This document shows, piece by piece, positions 1-14,549 of a stretch of DNA of 64,000 nt. The first letter of the stretch is position 1. Each line of letters opens with the position of its first letter. The DNA comes from Lama glama (lineage: Eukaryota). The DNA lies in NCBI GenBank assembly GCA_028534125.1, contig CM052817.1, positions 42,906,001 to 42,970,000 on the forward strand, written 5' to 3'. The notes beneath the pieces are model-generated. The model had not been told where the DNA came from. It saw nothing but the letters and a program-made list of their open reading frames with translations, and did no database searches. A program made the position numbers and the translations under genes.

Positions 1-334
1 TTGGGGAAATTAATCTTCAAATATTTCATAATCAAATATAAACATTTTAAAAAGGAAATTGGTCCTCCAATCAACAAATTATTTGTAAAGAATTGGTATT
101 TTTACTATGCCTACACTGACATGCACAAAATCTCAAGACCAAATGAAATAACCACAAAATGTACTTGTGTTGTTCAGTATTTATACAGAAAGGTTAGGAG
201 TTTGTTTTTCTGTTTTCGTTTTTGTTTGTTTGTTTTTTGGTGGAGGATAACCCAGAAACAAAGGATTCCTCAAAAGTAAATTACAGAAAGTCTTGGGGAT
301 TGTGTCTTGGAGAATGCCTACTTCCAAGCTTAAC

Positions 335-402
335 TTAGAAATTGACACACTGTAAATTGACTATACTTCAATTTTTTTAATGCAAAGATTAAAAAAATAA
401 TA
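335..402 (+). mobile_element. Extremely 5'-truncated L1 3' tail (artiodactyl/camelid type)
   Basis: gaaattgacacactgtaaattgactatacttcaa plus A-rich tail; flanked by imperfect TSD aagcttaac (326-334) / aagctgaac (403-411). Confidence 0.75.
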
Positions 403-437
403 AAGCTGAACAGGAGGGAAAAAAAGTAAATGAAATG

Positions 438-1794
438 ACCCATGCACATATAATTAATCTACAACAAAGGGGGCAAAAATATACAATGAAGAAAAGATAG
501 TCTCTTCAATAAGTGGTGCTAGGAAAACTGGACAGTAAAAGACTGGAATTAGAACATTTTCTCACACTGTATACAAAAAAAAAAAAAGATTCAAAATAGA
601 TTAAAGACTTAAATGTAAGACCAGAAATCCTGAAACTCCTAGAGGAAAAAAATAGGCAGTACAGTTTTGACATAATATTAGCAATATTTTTTTGGATCTG
701 TCTCCTCAGGCAAGGGAAACAAAAGCAAAAATAAACACATGGGATCTATTAAACATAAAAGCTTTTGCACAATGAAGGAAGCCGTCAACAAAACGAAAAG
801 ACAACTTAATGAATGGGAGAAGATATTTGAAAATGATGTCTGATAAGGGGTTAATATCTAAAATATATAAAGAGCTCATACAACTCAGTATCAAAAAAAA
901 TGCACATAAGATCTGAATAGACATTTTTCCAAAGAAGACATGCAGATGGCCAACAGGCACATGAAAGGATGCTCATCATTGCTAATCATCAGGGAAACAA
1001 AATCAAAACCACAGTGGGATATCACCTCACACCGGTCAGAATGACTACTGTCAAAAAAACCACAAATTAAAAATGCTGGTGAGGATGTGGAGAGAAGGGA
1101 ATCCTAGAATGCTATTGATAGGAATCCAAATTGGTACAGCCAGTATGGAAAATGGTATGAAGGTTCTTCAAAAACCTAAAAAATAGAACTACCATATGAT
1201 TCAGCAATTCCACTCTTGGGTATTTATCTGAAGAAAAAGAAAACACAAATTCAAAAGATATATACACCCAAATGTTCATAGCAGCATTATTTACAGTAGC
1301 CAAGATATGGAAATAACCTAAGTGTCCATCAACAGACAAATGGATAAAGAAGATATGTACATAACAGAATAATACATAGTCTTACAGAAGAATGAAATCT
1401 TGCCATTTGCAACAATATGGATGGACCTGGAGGGTATTATACTTAGCAAAGTATGTCAAAAACATATAATGTATGTTTTTACCTACATGAAGAATCTAAA
1501 AAATTAAAACAAATCACTGAATATAACAAAACATAAACAGACTCACAGATACAGAGAACAAACTAGGGGTTATCAGTGGGGAAAGGGGTGGGAGAAGGGG
1601 CAGGACAGGTGGAGAATTAAGAAGTACAAACTACTAGGTATAAAATAAATAAGCCACAAGGATATAACATATAGCACAGGGAATATAGACAGTATTTTAT
1701 AATAACTTTAAATGGAGTATAATTTATAAAAATATCAAATCACTATGCTATACATCTGGAACTAATATTGTAAATCAGCTATACTTCAATTTTT
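438..1794 (+). mobile_element. 5'-truncated LINE-1: ORF2 C-terminal part and 3' UTR
   Basis: Typical L1 3' motifs (ctcttcaataagtggtgctaggaaaactgg; ttcagcaattccactcttgggtattta; tttgcaacaatatggatggacctggagggtattatac; ctatacttcaat). 17-bp TSD aaaaagtaaatgaaatg (421-437) / aaaaagtaaataaaatg (1795-1811). ORF2 is disrupted. Confidence 0.95.
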
Positions 1795-3378
1795 AAAAAG
1801 TAAATAAAATGGATTTTCAAGTGCATAATTTTGCCATCTACAAATTTATGACCAAATTAAATTATGACTACATGATAGGCAAATGTAGGAGAGTCATCTT
1901 CGTTATTTGGACATTCATACTGTCATAATTGGCAGGAAATATGGTTCCCTACTTGATGGAAAAACAGAATGCTCAGAAATGTACCAGAGTTTACTATTAC
2001 ATATTATATAATTGCTATTATACATTCTATAAGTGCTGAATCTAGCAATTAAATGACATAGCAGAATGTAGACTTGGAGCATATCATCTAATGTCTATAC
2101 AGATAAAATATATCCAGAGAGTGGAATTCTATGTCTAAAATCCCTCCTGTACTATAAAGCGTGTCAGTTTGCTTTATGTCTTTCCTTAGGGAGAGTAAAA
2201 TGTCTACCAAAGCAGAGATCAGTTTAGTTCTCTGAATGCAACTAAAAACAGGACAGAGCAACAAATCAAATAACTGACTCCTTAGGACGCAATGTACTCG
2301 GGTCCTCTACCTCATATTGCTACTTTAACAAGTGTATAAATCCCCATCACAATTCATTTAATCTTCAAAATCATCCTATGCATTTTTCCCAAGAGGATTA
2401 GCATTGCAAGGTACTAGGTCACTGTGCTTAGCTATCCTAAAACATAAGAAGATTTTAAATTGCTTACGATTAACAATCTCATTTTCCCAGAATAAGAGAG
2501 GACTATGTTTTTTAAATTATGTACTTGTGGAAGATTATGAATTTGTCCTCTAAGTGCTGTAGATTCAAGTTATCTAAAATTGGGGGTATTTGCCAACTGG
2601 GGCTGTTTCTCCAACTCTTTTACACTCTGACGTGGATACTGTAGGAACAGCAGGTATATGATGTGGGGGAGAGAGCCAGGCTTCCTTTTCACAAGCACCG
2701 CATGTTGGCGAGAGGGGTTTAGCCCTTGTAACTATCAAAAAATCCCCAAACATAACACTCTAATAGTACCTAATATCATGTGGAAAATTTTGAAACACAT
2801 TCACTGTTCTAGATATTCTGCAATATTAACCAAAACCACAATTTTTAATCAACATGGAAAATATAATCATACTACCCTGCCCAAGTAATTATGGGTCCCA
2901 TTGCCCCCAGGTAGTTTAGTTAAGCTATAGGTTTGCTTATTCTCCATTCTTTTTGCCCCCTCCTCTCCCGCTGTCAGCAATTTTGCCTTCAAGGTCCACA
3001 TAGTTTCTTGTCCTTTCAACAAATCTCTGATTCCAACATCTTCTGAGGAAAGAGATTTTTTCCCATATTTCAGGAAGTTTAAGGCAATAAAGGAAGAAGC
3101 TGAGGAGCAGAGCACTGGCAGGGAAATTGTAATGTTAATCTATACCTTCTGCTTTTAATTATACATACAGCACATAATTCAGATTAATCCAATGCCTTAG
3201 ACACCATAATTTCACCTTTAAAAAAAGTTATAGTTACTTATTTCTCTTACTCAAATACACAGAAATAAAACTCTCATAGAGTTAATCACTTGATTCCCCC
3301 TCAACACACACAGAGGTCCATAAATGATCAAAATATTTAAATCTTAAATGTATTAACTTCTTCATGTTAATAAAAGAT

Positions 3379-3441
3379 TTTCTCAGTAATCTGACAATGG
3401 TACTTTGGTAGATTACTTTCTCAGTAATCTGACAATGGTAC
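3379..3441. repeat. Perfect 25-bp direct duplication with 13-bp spacer
   Basis: tttctcagtaatctgacaatggtac at 3379-3403 and 3417-3441. Confidence 0.95.
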
Positions 3442-6069
3442 ATCTGCCATTTGAAGTGTCATTGCCGTGAGCAGAGAGGTGGTACATTAACATATGCTAT
3501 ACAATAAATGTCTTTCTCAGCTTCATTTCCTCAGAGAATGCTTTTAGGGTGTGACACTTACAGAACTCAGCAGAATGCAGCAAAAGCCCTATTGAAAGTT
3601 CACATGGAAGCCAAAACATCCAGACAAGCAGAGGAGGGAGGTCAGGTGTAATGCAGCTGGCGAGGGGCTCAGGAGCTGAGTGAGTGCCCCCACCAGCACT
3701 GTCAGGCAGAAAGGCCTTCTAGCATTGCTGTAAAAACGGGAAGACGTAAGTGAGGGAGGAAACAGGGGAGAAATTGTATTAATGCCCAGGGAAAAGAACT
3801 CAGAAAGAAAATGGCTAAACCAAGGCTTCACGTGTGACAGAATATTTCTCTGCAAGAAGCACGTCTTCATCCTCTACCTCAGACCATGATATCTCTAGCT
3901 ACATAGCTAGTGGTTCAAAATTCATTTCAGCCTAATAATGGAAAGAAGAAAGCGTAAAAAAATCACTGAAACTTATCAATGACTCAAATTTTGTCATTCA
4001 GATTCTTACAGATACACAAGCAATTATCATGGAAATACAATGCACCACTGTTTGAATTCCCCTCTCTTACTTATGACCTACTCTACCATTGATCAATATT
4101 TTTCATATTTATTCTTAATTACCTCTACTCCAAGTTCATGAGGTTAAATTCCCATTAGTATAGTTGCATTAAATTACCAGACTATATTAATTTAAAATAT
4201 CTAAAATTAAATGACCAAAGTTAAAAAACCAGCCTAACTGAATAGTTAACAGAGATCCATTTTCTGTGAATACTTGTAATTAAAATTGAAGCAAACTTTG
4301 AAAAATTTCCAGTGTTAAATTTGCCATTCACGTTTGGGAAATACCAATTGGGCTAAGGAAAACAATATAGTAACAGGGAGAAAGTAGAAGGTAGAAAGGT
4401 CTAAAAGCTGTAACTGCATTAGTGAGTGGTCATCACTAATACATTATATATGATTATATAATAGTTATATATGACTACTGAAATATTAGGCAAAAATAAA
4501 TCAAAGTCTCTCCAAAAACATATTGTCAATAGTCAGATATATGACTGTTAATAGTCTATAAGAAAATTTTGGTCAATGAAATTTTGAGCTTCAGTAAAGT
4601 ATATTCTTCAGTCCCAAAGAAACAGAGAAAAATGTTTTCCAAAATTCAAAAGTTAGATAAAATATGCTTTAAAGGAAACATTTAATAAATATTTCTTTAA
4701 TGGAATTGTTGTATAACTTTAGCAACATTCAGTCAAAAGCAAGCACCACATAGTTTTATTTATTTTTGTTTGTAGCTTTTCTGCCATTTTTAGGGATTTG
4801 CGTAGGGATGGAAAACTGCAATAGCTCAGTCTTCCACTGGAACCCAAGATCCGTAAAAACCACTTAATCACTAAAAAAGAAGCTTTAAAAATCACTTTGG
4901 TAGCAATTCTTTATATAATTTATAAAATCCTCATTCTTTAAACATACCAAATGCCTATATAATTTAAGCTTGCAGCATGAAGTATAAAGTTGGATACCCA
5001 AATAAATGGTGTGGAGTAGCCTTAGAGGAAAATATTAAAACTTACACACTCAGTTCTTATTTTAAGGCTCTCCCTAGGTTAATAATATACCCCTACAGTT
5101 GTTAAAACATTTCATACTTTTTTTCTTCCTCTCTCTCCCGTGAAGGTCTATATTTTTATAAAATGGCAGCCAACATAAATGATATATGATCATAAATAAA
5201 GTGATTTTACAAGTAGCACATGGAAATTACTTTATACCTGTAGACTTGTTGGGCATTACATTTAGGACAGATGGCTTTTCTAGGCCTAGTATCTCCTGGG
5301 ATACCATAATTAGTTGGATTAGAATTCTATATGCCCATTCTTATACATCAAAAAAAAAAACCATAAAAATGGTCTACAACTTTAACTGAAGGAGAAGTAC
5401 ATGGACCTTACACTGGTCTCCACATGCTGATTTGCCTGACCATGTGTCTTATGTCAACATGAATTATTTATATTAAAAGGACTTTAAGATGCAAGATTCA
5501 TCATCACGATGCAAGAAGATAAAACGCATTCATGTTCCAATGGATTATTTTCATGTTTACCAATGTGTTCTTAAGGGAAACTATTTTGTCTTGCTACATC
5601 ACTTAGTCAGTGAAATAAATTGAAAAAAACAGTTCTGATCTGTGTCCTACCCAGAATATCCCTTTGACTAGCGTAAAGCCATTTGTCTTTCTATTTCTTC
5701 ACCTAGAAAAAGATACAGGACTTTTTGAAAAGTCGAAGCCTTTTGCCTGAGCAGGAATACTGAGAAAATCCACCAGAAAAAGACAAAGGGCCAAGTAGAA
5801 GCTTCTGAGAAGGTGAGGCACCAAGTAGACATGAAGGCCCAATGTCATGAATTCCGAAAAACATGCCAGTAGCTTTTTGGCTCAAGAATAGTTTTAGAAT
5901 AAGTTAAAATGATTCATAAAATAATGACTGACAATTGTTAAAAATCCCATTGAAAATAAATTCTATTCTAAATATATTTTCAGTAGTTGTTCTAATATTA
6001 ATAATTTATATGTATCAACATTAATAAAATTATTTTTATTTTTGAAATAGCTATTTAAAAAATAAGAAA

Positions 6070-6560
6070 TCTTACTATGCTATTTGCATTACTAAAGATG
6101 CAATGTGGTATGGCAGGGAAAAAAATCATGAAATACATTGGAATAATGTTGTCATGAAATGTGTGGAACTTATATGAAGAAAGAGAAGTATAAAAGATAG
6201 CATGGATAAATGAAGATAATTCCTATTTTCCAAAATGGTAACACTGAAATTATAAAGTTGATAATTCTACCCAAAGCAATCTATGCACTCAAGGTCAAAA
6301 TGCCAATGGGATTTATGTACTTTTTTTAGAAGAAGACAAAATTATGTTAAAGACTAAATTAAAAAAAAACTATTGAAAAGGAAGTGTGATGAGGAATTAA
6401 TAAGCTTATGAAGTGTTAAAACATAGTACAAAGTCATAATAATAATTAAGTTAGTGTGATATTGACAGAGGAATGGACAAATAAATCAAAGGAATAAAAC
6501 AAAGGATGCGAAGTATTCTGTTTGTGGAAAATGTGGCAATACAAACCAATGAGGGATTGC
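6070..6560 (+). mobile_element. Old, degenerate L1 ORF2 fragment (L1M-type)
   Basis: Eroded ORF2 landmarks (attctacccaaagcaatctat; aaaacatagtacaaagtc...gtgtgatattg...gacaaataaatcaaaggaataaa). Confidence 0.7.
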
Positions 6561-7741
6561 TAACTTATAAATCATAGTGATTACTGCCAGACATATCTGT
6601 GAGTTTAAAAAACATGTCAGAGACAAGAGTTCACTGTCTGCATTTCCCTGGACTTATGTGACTAGACCCCTCTCGTCACTTTACATGAAAGCCTTTTATT
6701 CTTCATGGAGGAATCGTTCTTATTACAGAATTATTATGATCTTGTCTTAACATCTCTGATATTAATTTAAAAGAAAAAGACTGTAGACTTGTTTTCAGTA
6801 CTTACGTGATTAGTGCCATTATTCTATTTGCAAATGCCGTCTGATTTTTTTTTAATCATGAAGAATGAGGAGGAAGAGGAAGATCAAGAAGAAGAGGAGG
6901 AGAAAAGATGGAGAGGGAGGGATAGAAGGAAGGAAATAAATAAGAGCAAACACATCCACTGCCTTTTATGTGGTTCATCATGTTTCTTAAAAACTTTTAT
7001 AATGAAAACTCTCAAAGAGAGATCACTTTAGAATTACTCTTGTGTTTTTGAAAAGACCATGATGGTTCATTCTGTTACAGACACATTTTATTTGTTACTG
7101 CATAAAACATCGGCTTTAGCTGTGCTACCCTACTTTCAGAAGAACTAAAAATGATACTTAATTTTTTACAATTTCCACAGAGAACTTAATTTCTAGGAAT
7201 AGATCAGAAAGTCAAAGTTCTACATTAGCAGTTGTGTGAACCTTGAAATAAGAATAAATCTGGGTTATAGTTTCAAGAGTTTCTTCTTTTAATATTAAAA
7301 CAGTAAGAAAACATATAAATAATACCTAAAATCAAGTCTTTGTATTGAATATAATCTTATATGGGTTAAAAAGTACATCAGTCATTACTGATACAGCATT
7401 GGATGCTTTTAAAGTGTTGCAGTAATTATTATTGACATACCTAGAGAAAATAGCCAGTACATAGATTTTATGTGTTTTTTAAAAATAGCCTTCGATTCAC
7501 TTGATAAATTATTTATAGAACTTTACAATATGAAGAAAAGACTTATGTCATTATTTAAGCTGTGCTATAAAATAACTACAAATGCAACATAGGTAGAAAT
7601 ATTGCCAGTACAAAACTCCTAATAATAAAAGATTTTATCATTAAATCTTTTTGCAAATTCAAGATGAATGATGATGAGCTGTGTGTATTGCTAATAAATC
7701 AGAGTTGCCCATTATGTTATCTGAATCCACAAGTCTTCTTT

Positions 7742-8296
7742 TGTTACTCCAATAAGTAAAGAGGAAAGACTCCAGTTCTTGTCATACCCGAAAGATAAAA
7801 TTACAATTGGGAGATGGTGTGCTGTGTAGCGAAAGATTTTAAAAGATTTATTTAGAAAAGAAAAAGTACACCTCCAAGAATGGGAGGCAAGCTGATCCAA
7901 GGGAAGAAAAGCAGCGAGTTTTGTCTCCCCTTCTCTTATATCCTCGCTTAGAGGTGGTCTTTTGATTGACGGCTCTTCTCCCTGGAATGCTTAGTCATGT
8001 TTGGCCCCTTTGCACATGTCCTTACCTATGATGTACACAGAAAAACCCACGGAAGGGGGCCTAAAACACAATGTTAATTATAATACAATGAACTTTGGGT
8101 CATGTCCAGTTAAGTCCTTTCTGCTACTGCGCAGACGTGGCTGTCAGGTTCTAAATGGTTTCTTGCTGGCACTCATTTAGAAGTCCCTTTATGCTAGAGG
8201 TGGGCATAATGCCATCTTCCAGACCATCCTCCCTCTCCTCCATCTATCTGCCCGGTGCCCCAACTTATCTAACTACCTGGCACTTTGATAGCAACA
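7742..8296 (-). mobile_element. Solo ERV-type LTR
   Basis: TG...CA ends (tgttactcc ... gatagcaaca). tttatt (~7848) and ttata (~7937) read as poly(A) signal and TATA on the minus strand in the right order. No clean TSD seen. Confidence 0.65.
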
Positions 8297-8399
8297 AGCC
8301 ATGGCTTTCTACTTTCAATAAAATTCATAGGGAAAAAACTTAGTAAGCTTTTTATCTATTGTATTTCCATCAGCCTCATGTGCCAATAGCTACACTCAC

Positions 8400-9084
8400 A
8401 GTTCTTTTTAGTCCTATTTCTTAATATTACTATATTCCTTTAATTCCCCATGTTCTTACAACTTAATTATTGGTATCTTGAATCTGTCAAGCTTGAGGGG
8501 GAAAGCCATACCCTTAAATCATTTTTTCCATTTTTAATGATTAAAGGGTATCACACCTTCAATTGGAAGTTTATGCTGAGATATCTTAATCCATTCAGAA
8601 GTTCAAAGCAATTTAAAGAGCTCTATACCTTAATTTGCTCATTGTCACAAGGCTGAATTTTAATCAGCTCTTATAACTCAAAATCCTTCCCAGTTTTATG
8701 TTTTACTGGTTGGAAACAGTTACCTCTTCAATTCTACAAGACCTTGAATTCATGTACTCCAGTTCTACTTCTCTACTTTCAGGTTAATTCTTTTCTGACC
8801 TTGTCTATTTCATATAATTCCTTATCAAGTGTAGCCACCATCAACCAACACACACTGCTAAAGCTTTGCTCTTTAATGACTTGCCTTAAAGCTTACAAGT
8901 CCATTAGATATATTATCTTGTTTTCACATCTTTGTAAACAACTTCACTAAATCTTTTGCCACCATATAACATAGACTGCCATCCTTCCAGCATCCAAAAA
9001 TAGTTTCTTCACTGCCTCCCTTCATTGCTAGGCCAGTGTCACATATTTCAGACTATGACAACATCTCTCTTAGGGAACAATTTT
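8400..9084 (-). mobile_element. MaLR (MLT1) internal-region remnant
   Basis: Pyrimidine-rich degenerate sequence ending in tagggaacaattttt (reverse complement resembles the MaLR-int start aaattggtacc), directly next to an MLT1 LTR. Confidence 0.5.
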
Positions 9085-9455
9085 TGTATCTGTCAGAAAA
9101 GGCTAAATACACTGCAGTAACAAACAAAAATCATGTCTTATCACATAAAAGTCTACTTCATGTTCAGGGAGGTTCAGCAATAGTTCTCTGTTCATCACAG
9201 TCTCTCAAGGACCCAGAATGATAGAGATTTAAATTTGACAGACACGTTTAAAATTTCTGTCACAGGAAGAAAGTAACATGGCAAACCATGCACAAGTTCT
9301 TAAGATTTTTCACAAGGAAATGACACACATGACTAGCCTAGAGCAACTTAATGTGATTATGCCTAGTATCAAGGGGACAGGTTAATGCTCTCTTACTATG
9401 CATGCAAAAAGACAAGGGCTGGATATATTTACTGATCAGCAATAATAATTTCCAA
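9085..9455 (-). mobile_element. MLT1-family MaLR LTR (old subfamily)
   Basis: tgtatctgtcag...ggctaaatacactgcagtaacaaac; cagtctctcaaggacccag; gaaatgacacacatgact match recalled MLT1J/K-like consensus. Confidence 0.7.
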
Positions 9456-11369
9456 AGGTATCTGAAAGAGAAGAGCAGCCTTAAATAATTGTTTGCTTTT
9501 TCTTGATTATTGTTGTAATTTTGCAAATACAATACTTATAAAGTATGTAAATATAAAAAAGGTGAAGTGGCAAAAACAATACTGAATTCCTGAAAAAAGG
9601 TATGTATACTAGTGTAAGACGCTCAAGTTATTAACTTAAATTGTCAAATCAAATCACAAGTTCAGAACAATAAACAGAAAACTTAATCTCAAGGTTTTTT
9701 GAATAATTAATATAACCCCACATCTCTATCTAAAACATAATGATAGTCAATAATGTGGAAGAACAAAATACATCAAATTATTTACTGAACAAAGATGAAG
9801 TGAATTGTTTCCATATAATTCTTTCAAATACTTATTTAGAATACCCTTAGATAATATACTACTATTTACACAGCATTCAATCAGTAACTTAATTACAAAT
9901 ATGTAGGTATATTCTTTAGTGTTTTCATAAATAAAATTTTCTACAGGGTAGTAATTACTTGTATATATCTTTTATCTATTTCTGTGAAGATTATAAGTCA
10001 CACACAAAGCAACGTGCAACTAACTAATCTCAAATTTTTGAGGGTTCCTCATTGTGTCATTTTTAATAGCTATTAGTGGCAATAAATTCTTTACTTATTT
10101 GAACTACTAGACTTCAAAACAATGAGACATACTATAGCTACATGCAGTAAACAAATACTTAAAATTCTTTTAAAAATATTACATTACCATATCTTACAAG
10201 TCTTGCTTGAAAAATACCTTGAAATTCTAACAAATTACAATTAAAAAGCAAGACATCTATATCTTAAATTTTAAAAGGTTTTATATAAAAATAAAAAATG
10301 TTTAAGCAGGGAAAGATTTCAAGCAACAGTGTTTAATTTTCTACCAAAACAACAAAGATAAAATATGGGTATTATATATCTACTCAGCTGGTAAAGAAGA
10401 AATAAACTATCTATACCTTTTTTAAAAGTCTCCTTATAAAATTTACATCAAATGAAATGCTCAGGTTTAGGAATCTTAAGTAAATTGGCCTCTTTTCATG
10501 TACTGTAATTAGAGTAAATTGGAGAGAGCTAAAATAAGTATAGACTTTTTAGTCAACATCCTCAAGGTCTTGGAGTTAGTTCTCTGGGCAGGCAAACTTC
10601 CTGCTCACAATAAGTTTATAACCAGATGAGTGAATGAGACTGGAAAATGCAAACAAGAATAAAAATAAGAGGATACTGCTTATAAATACATTTCAAATAA
10701 AGAGTAGAAAAGTCAAGTATCATAGAAAAAAGTTTAGAGAAAGACCAAAGATAGTAGACTGTATGTACCTGAGAAATCAAAATGGGGAGTTTGCCAATTA
10801 ATCTGAACTCTAAACTCTGTTCTGAGTAACTAAATTCAAATAACCTTTTACTTCAATTTCCAGTTTTTTACTCTTACTTTCTTTTGGAAAGAATTATAAT
10901 TCAAAATGTTCTTGATTGCATAGAATTAACTTGTTTATAAATATGAAATTTTAAAGCAATACATGATATATAAATAAGCAATTTTTAGTAGATTGGATGA
11001 ATGTGGGAAAAATGTATTTGTATCTATCTCAACTTCTATTTTCAATTCTTATGAAATTACAGGAAAAAAGGAACAAATAAAAATTTCTGGGAAATGATAA
11101 TGGATGCCATGAGAGAAAGAATAGTGAATTCTTTAAACACAGAAAGAAGATATTCCTGGATTAACAGAGAATAACACCATAGAACACCACTATATACAAC
11201 TTGCTGGAGAGGGTAAATGATTGTGGAATGATATGGTCAGGCAAGCACTCCACAGATAATATTTATAAAAATTGGATAAAATAAAATAAAGAGCAATTAT
11301 TTAAATATGCCATAAAGCATTCAAATGCAGAAAGAAGGAAGAGAATTTAGCCTTTTAAAAATTGTAACC

Positions 11370-14300
11370 AACTTTGAGTTTTTGAGCCAAAAGTACTACT
11401 ATAAGAAATGTTAAAGGAAGTTTTTTAATCTGAAAGTAAATGACAGTAGATGACAACACAGATCTACAAGGAAAGAATGAAGAGCATCAGAAATAGTAAA
11501 AGTATGGGTAAATATAAAACTTTTTTCTTTTCTCTTGCTTTTTTGGTAAGTTATAAGGCAAAAAAGTATCACATGTTATTTGTTGCTATGGAGTAAATAT
11601 ACACATGACAATAGTCTTAAGAAGGGGATAAACTGGAAATATATACTGTTACAAGGCTCCTATATTTTACAAGAAATAATTTTAAATTATCTCTAAGTAG
11701 ACTGAATGGGTATAAACTCCATATTTTAATGTTTGTGGCAACCACTAAAAAGATGCAGAGATATAAATAGAAAGCAAACAAAAGTATACAAATAGTATTT
11801 TTAAATATATTTGATTAATTTTTAAAAGGCAAAAAATTTTTAAAGAAAAGAAAAGTTTGATGGGGAAATTTTTAAGTGAAAGTGAAAAAAAAGCAGCTCT
11901 AAATGTAATCATATCAATAATTACATAAAATATAAAAGACTTGAATCAATAGCCAGAGACTGTCACATAGATATAAATGAGTATCTTCTACATACAAACC
12001 TTAAAAAGCAAATACAAATACTAAAAGTGAAAGTTGCCTAAATATTTGTAAACAACAAAAACAACTGAATATTAATATAATAAGAAATAAATTTCAAGAC
12101 ATGTATTTTTAGAGACAGTGAGGGATATTTCATCATTATAAAAGTCAATATATCAAGAAGATAAAACAATTATAAATATACTTGACTCAATAAAAGAGCT
12201 TCAAAACATATGAAGTAAAAACTGGAAAAAAAAAAAAGACAAATTTGCAATCTTAGCTGAGGACTTTAACACACATTTCTCAATGATCAGTAGACATAAC
12301 TATAATAATGTAGATCTGAACAACACTGTCAGTCACCTTAAACTACATGACATTTAAAAACACTATAATGCTACAACTTCAGATTACATAGTCTTTCCAA
12401 GTCCACATGGAATATTAACCAAGACTGATCATATGCTAGACCAGAAAATTAGTCTCAATATAGTTTAAAAGATGAAAGTCTTAGGGTATTTTATTTGGCC
12501 AAAACTTAAACTGGAAATTAGCAAAAATAAAACATCTAGAAAACCCAAACTATGTAAAGTTAAATAACTTACTTCTCAGCAATCCTTAAATCAAGGAATA
12601 AATCACAAAAGACATTAGGAAACATTTTGAAGTGGATCATATTGAATTTGCTACAAATCAAAATTTGAGAAATCCAGCTAAAGCAGTGTAGAGATTTATA
12701 GCATAAAATGCTCAAGTATCAGAAAAGAGAAAAGGTTTGGATCAAAGTTTAAATCAAATCAAAGATCTTGGCTACTGCACTAAGAAATGAGAAAAAGAGG
12801 AAATTAAACCCAAAATCATGAGCTAAGGGAATAATTAAGAGTAAAAGTCAATTAAATATAAAACAAAAATAGAGAAAAACCAATGAAGCCAAAAGCTGAT
12901 CTTTGAAAAGATCAATAATAAAACTAAATAATTCTATGTAGATTTATTAGGAAAAATAGAGAGAACATTTAAATTACCAATATCAAAATTAAAAGATGCA
13001 TAATTCCTAAATACTATATCAATATTAAAAGGACAATGAGGGAACTTCAAGGTTAGCATTATCTTAATAAATTCAACTTAGATAAAATGGATACATAGTT
13101 TGAAAGACAACAGTCATCAAAATTCACTCAGGAATAAAAACATAAACTGAGACACTTGGATCTATGAAAAATCTAAATAAGCTTTCCACAATGAAAACAA
13201 CAGGCTCACATAACTTTATACCCTCCTCAGTGAATTCTACCTAACACTTAAGGAAAACAAAAAGTCATACACAAACTCTTCCAGAAAACAGAAGGGGGCC
13301 AGGAGAAAACATTTCCCAGTTTATTTTATGAAGTCAGCATTATCCTCATAACAAAACCAGAAAAAGTTATTATTAAAAAATTATAGACAAATACTCTTCA
13401 TGAAAATAGATGTATAATTTCTTTTAAAAATTAAGCAAATTAAATCCAGGAATATATAAAATGAATAATATATCATGAATAAGTGAGGTTTATCCCAAGA
13501 AAACAAGATTGATTTAGCATTTAAAAATCTATTAATGTAACTCAATATATTACCAGGTTTAAAAAGGGATGAAGGAAAAGCATCTGATAAAAGCGAATAC
13601 CTATTCATGATTAAAAACTCTCAGCAAACTAAGAAAAGAAGGTAATTTCATCAACATAGGGGACATCTACAAAAATCCACAGCCAACATCAAAATTAACT
13701 TCCCCAAGAATCAGGAATAAGATAAAGATGTTTGCTCTCATCAATTCTATTCAACATTATTTTGGAGGTGCTAGTTATTACAATAAGAAAAGAAAAGGAA
13801 ACAAAAGGCATATATATTGGAAAAGAAGAATATAACATTTATCCCTGTTTCCATGATCATCAATGTAGAAAATCTTAAGGAATGTACAGAAAGCTACTTA
13901 CTAGTGTTAAAATTAAATACAAAATGGAGACCAGACTTGAGAATTCCCTGCAGAAAAAAACATTCTTGCCACATTAGCAAGCTTAAATCTAGCTTATTTC
14001 ATCAACACAAGTGAAACTTAACTTAGAGATATTTCTTATAAATGTCTGTGATACTTATTAAAAAAACTTAAGTCATCTTCTTAAAAATGGTATGAGACAA
14101 TCACTTTTAACCAGGCCCTTGCTGTCTGGAAACCCTCTCTGTAATAACCAATCATTGCATAGGGTAAACAACTTTCTCATTTTCACTTTATAAGCGGTAC
14201 TGTAACTTCATGCCTCTGAGCTTCGTATCAGTTTTACTTTTGAAAGCTCCCAGGTCTAAAACTATTATTACATGCATAATAAACTCTTAATATATACCAC

Positions 14301-14549
14301 GTATTGATTTGGTGGTTTTAATTTTGCTATTTCTGAATTTTTGACATAAGCAAGGTTGCAAGTTATAAGTTCAATATATAAAAATCATTGTATTTCCATT
14401 ATAGCAATGAATTATTGTGAAATTAAACTGTAATATCCATCAAAAAATATGAAATAACTTGGGATAAATTTAACAAAATGTGTGCAAGACCTACCCACTG
14501 AAACCTACAGGACATTGCTGAGAGAAATTTTTAAAGGCCTAAATAGATA
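11370..14549 (+). mobile_element. Old L1 (L1M-type): end of ORF1, inter-ORF region and ORF2 EN/RT, split by an LTR
   Basis: Colinear L1 landmarks (gaaatgttaaaggaagtt; gactttaacacacatttctcaatg; ttttatgaagtcagcattatcctcataacaaaacc; tctattcaacattattttggaggtgctag); many stops and indels. Confidence 0.9.
13905..14346 (+). mobile_element. Solo ERV1-class LTR inserted in L1
   Basis: Starts tgttaaaattaaatacaaaatggagacc, ends ttttgaca; CCAAT, TATAA (~14189), AATAAA at 14278-14283; L1 sequence resumes on both sides. Confidence 0.85.

Noticed and set aside
706..1339. Minus-strand ORFs that resemble database hypothetical proteins
   Set aside because: Antisense translations of L1 sequence; the same applies to 13381-13608 and 29068-31794.
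6860..6935. Acidic poly-Glu ORF (6813-7031)
   Set aside because: GAG/GAA low-complexity purine tract.
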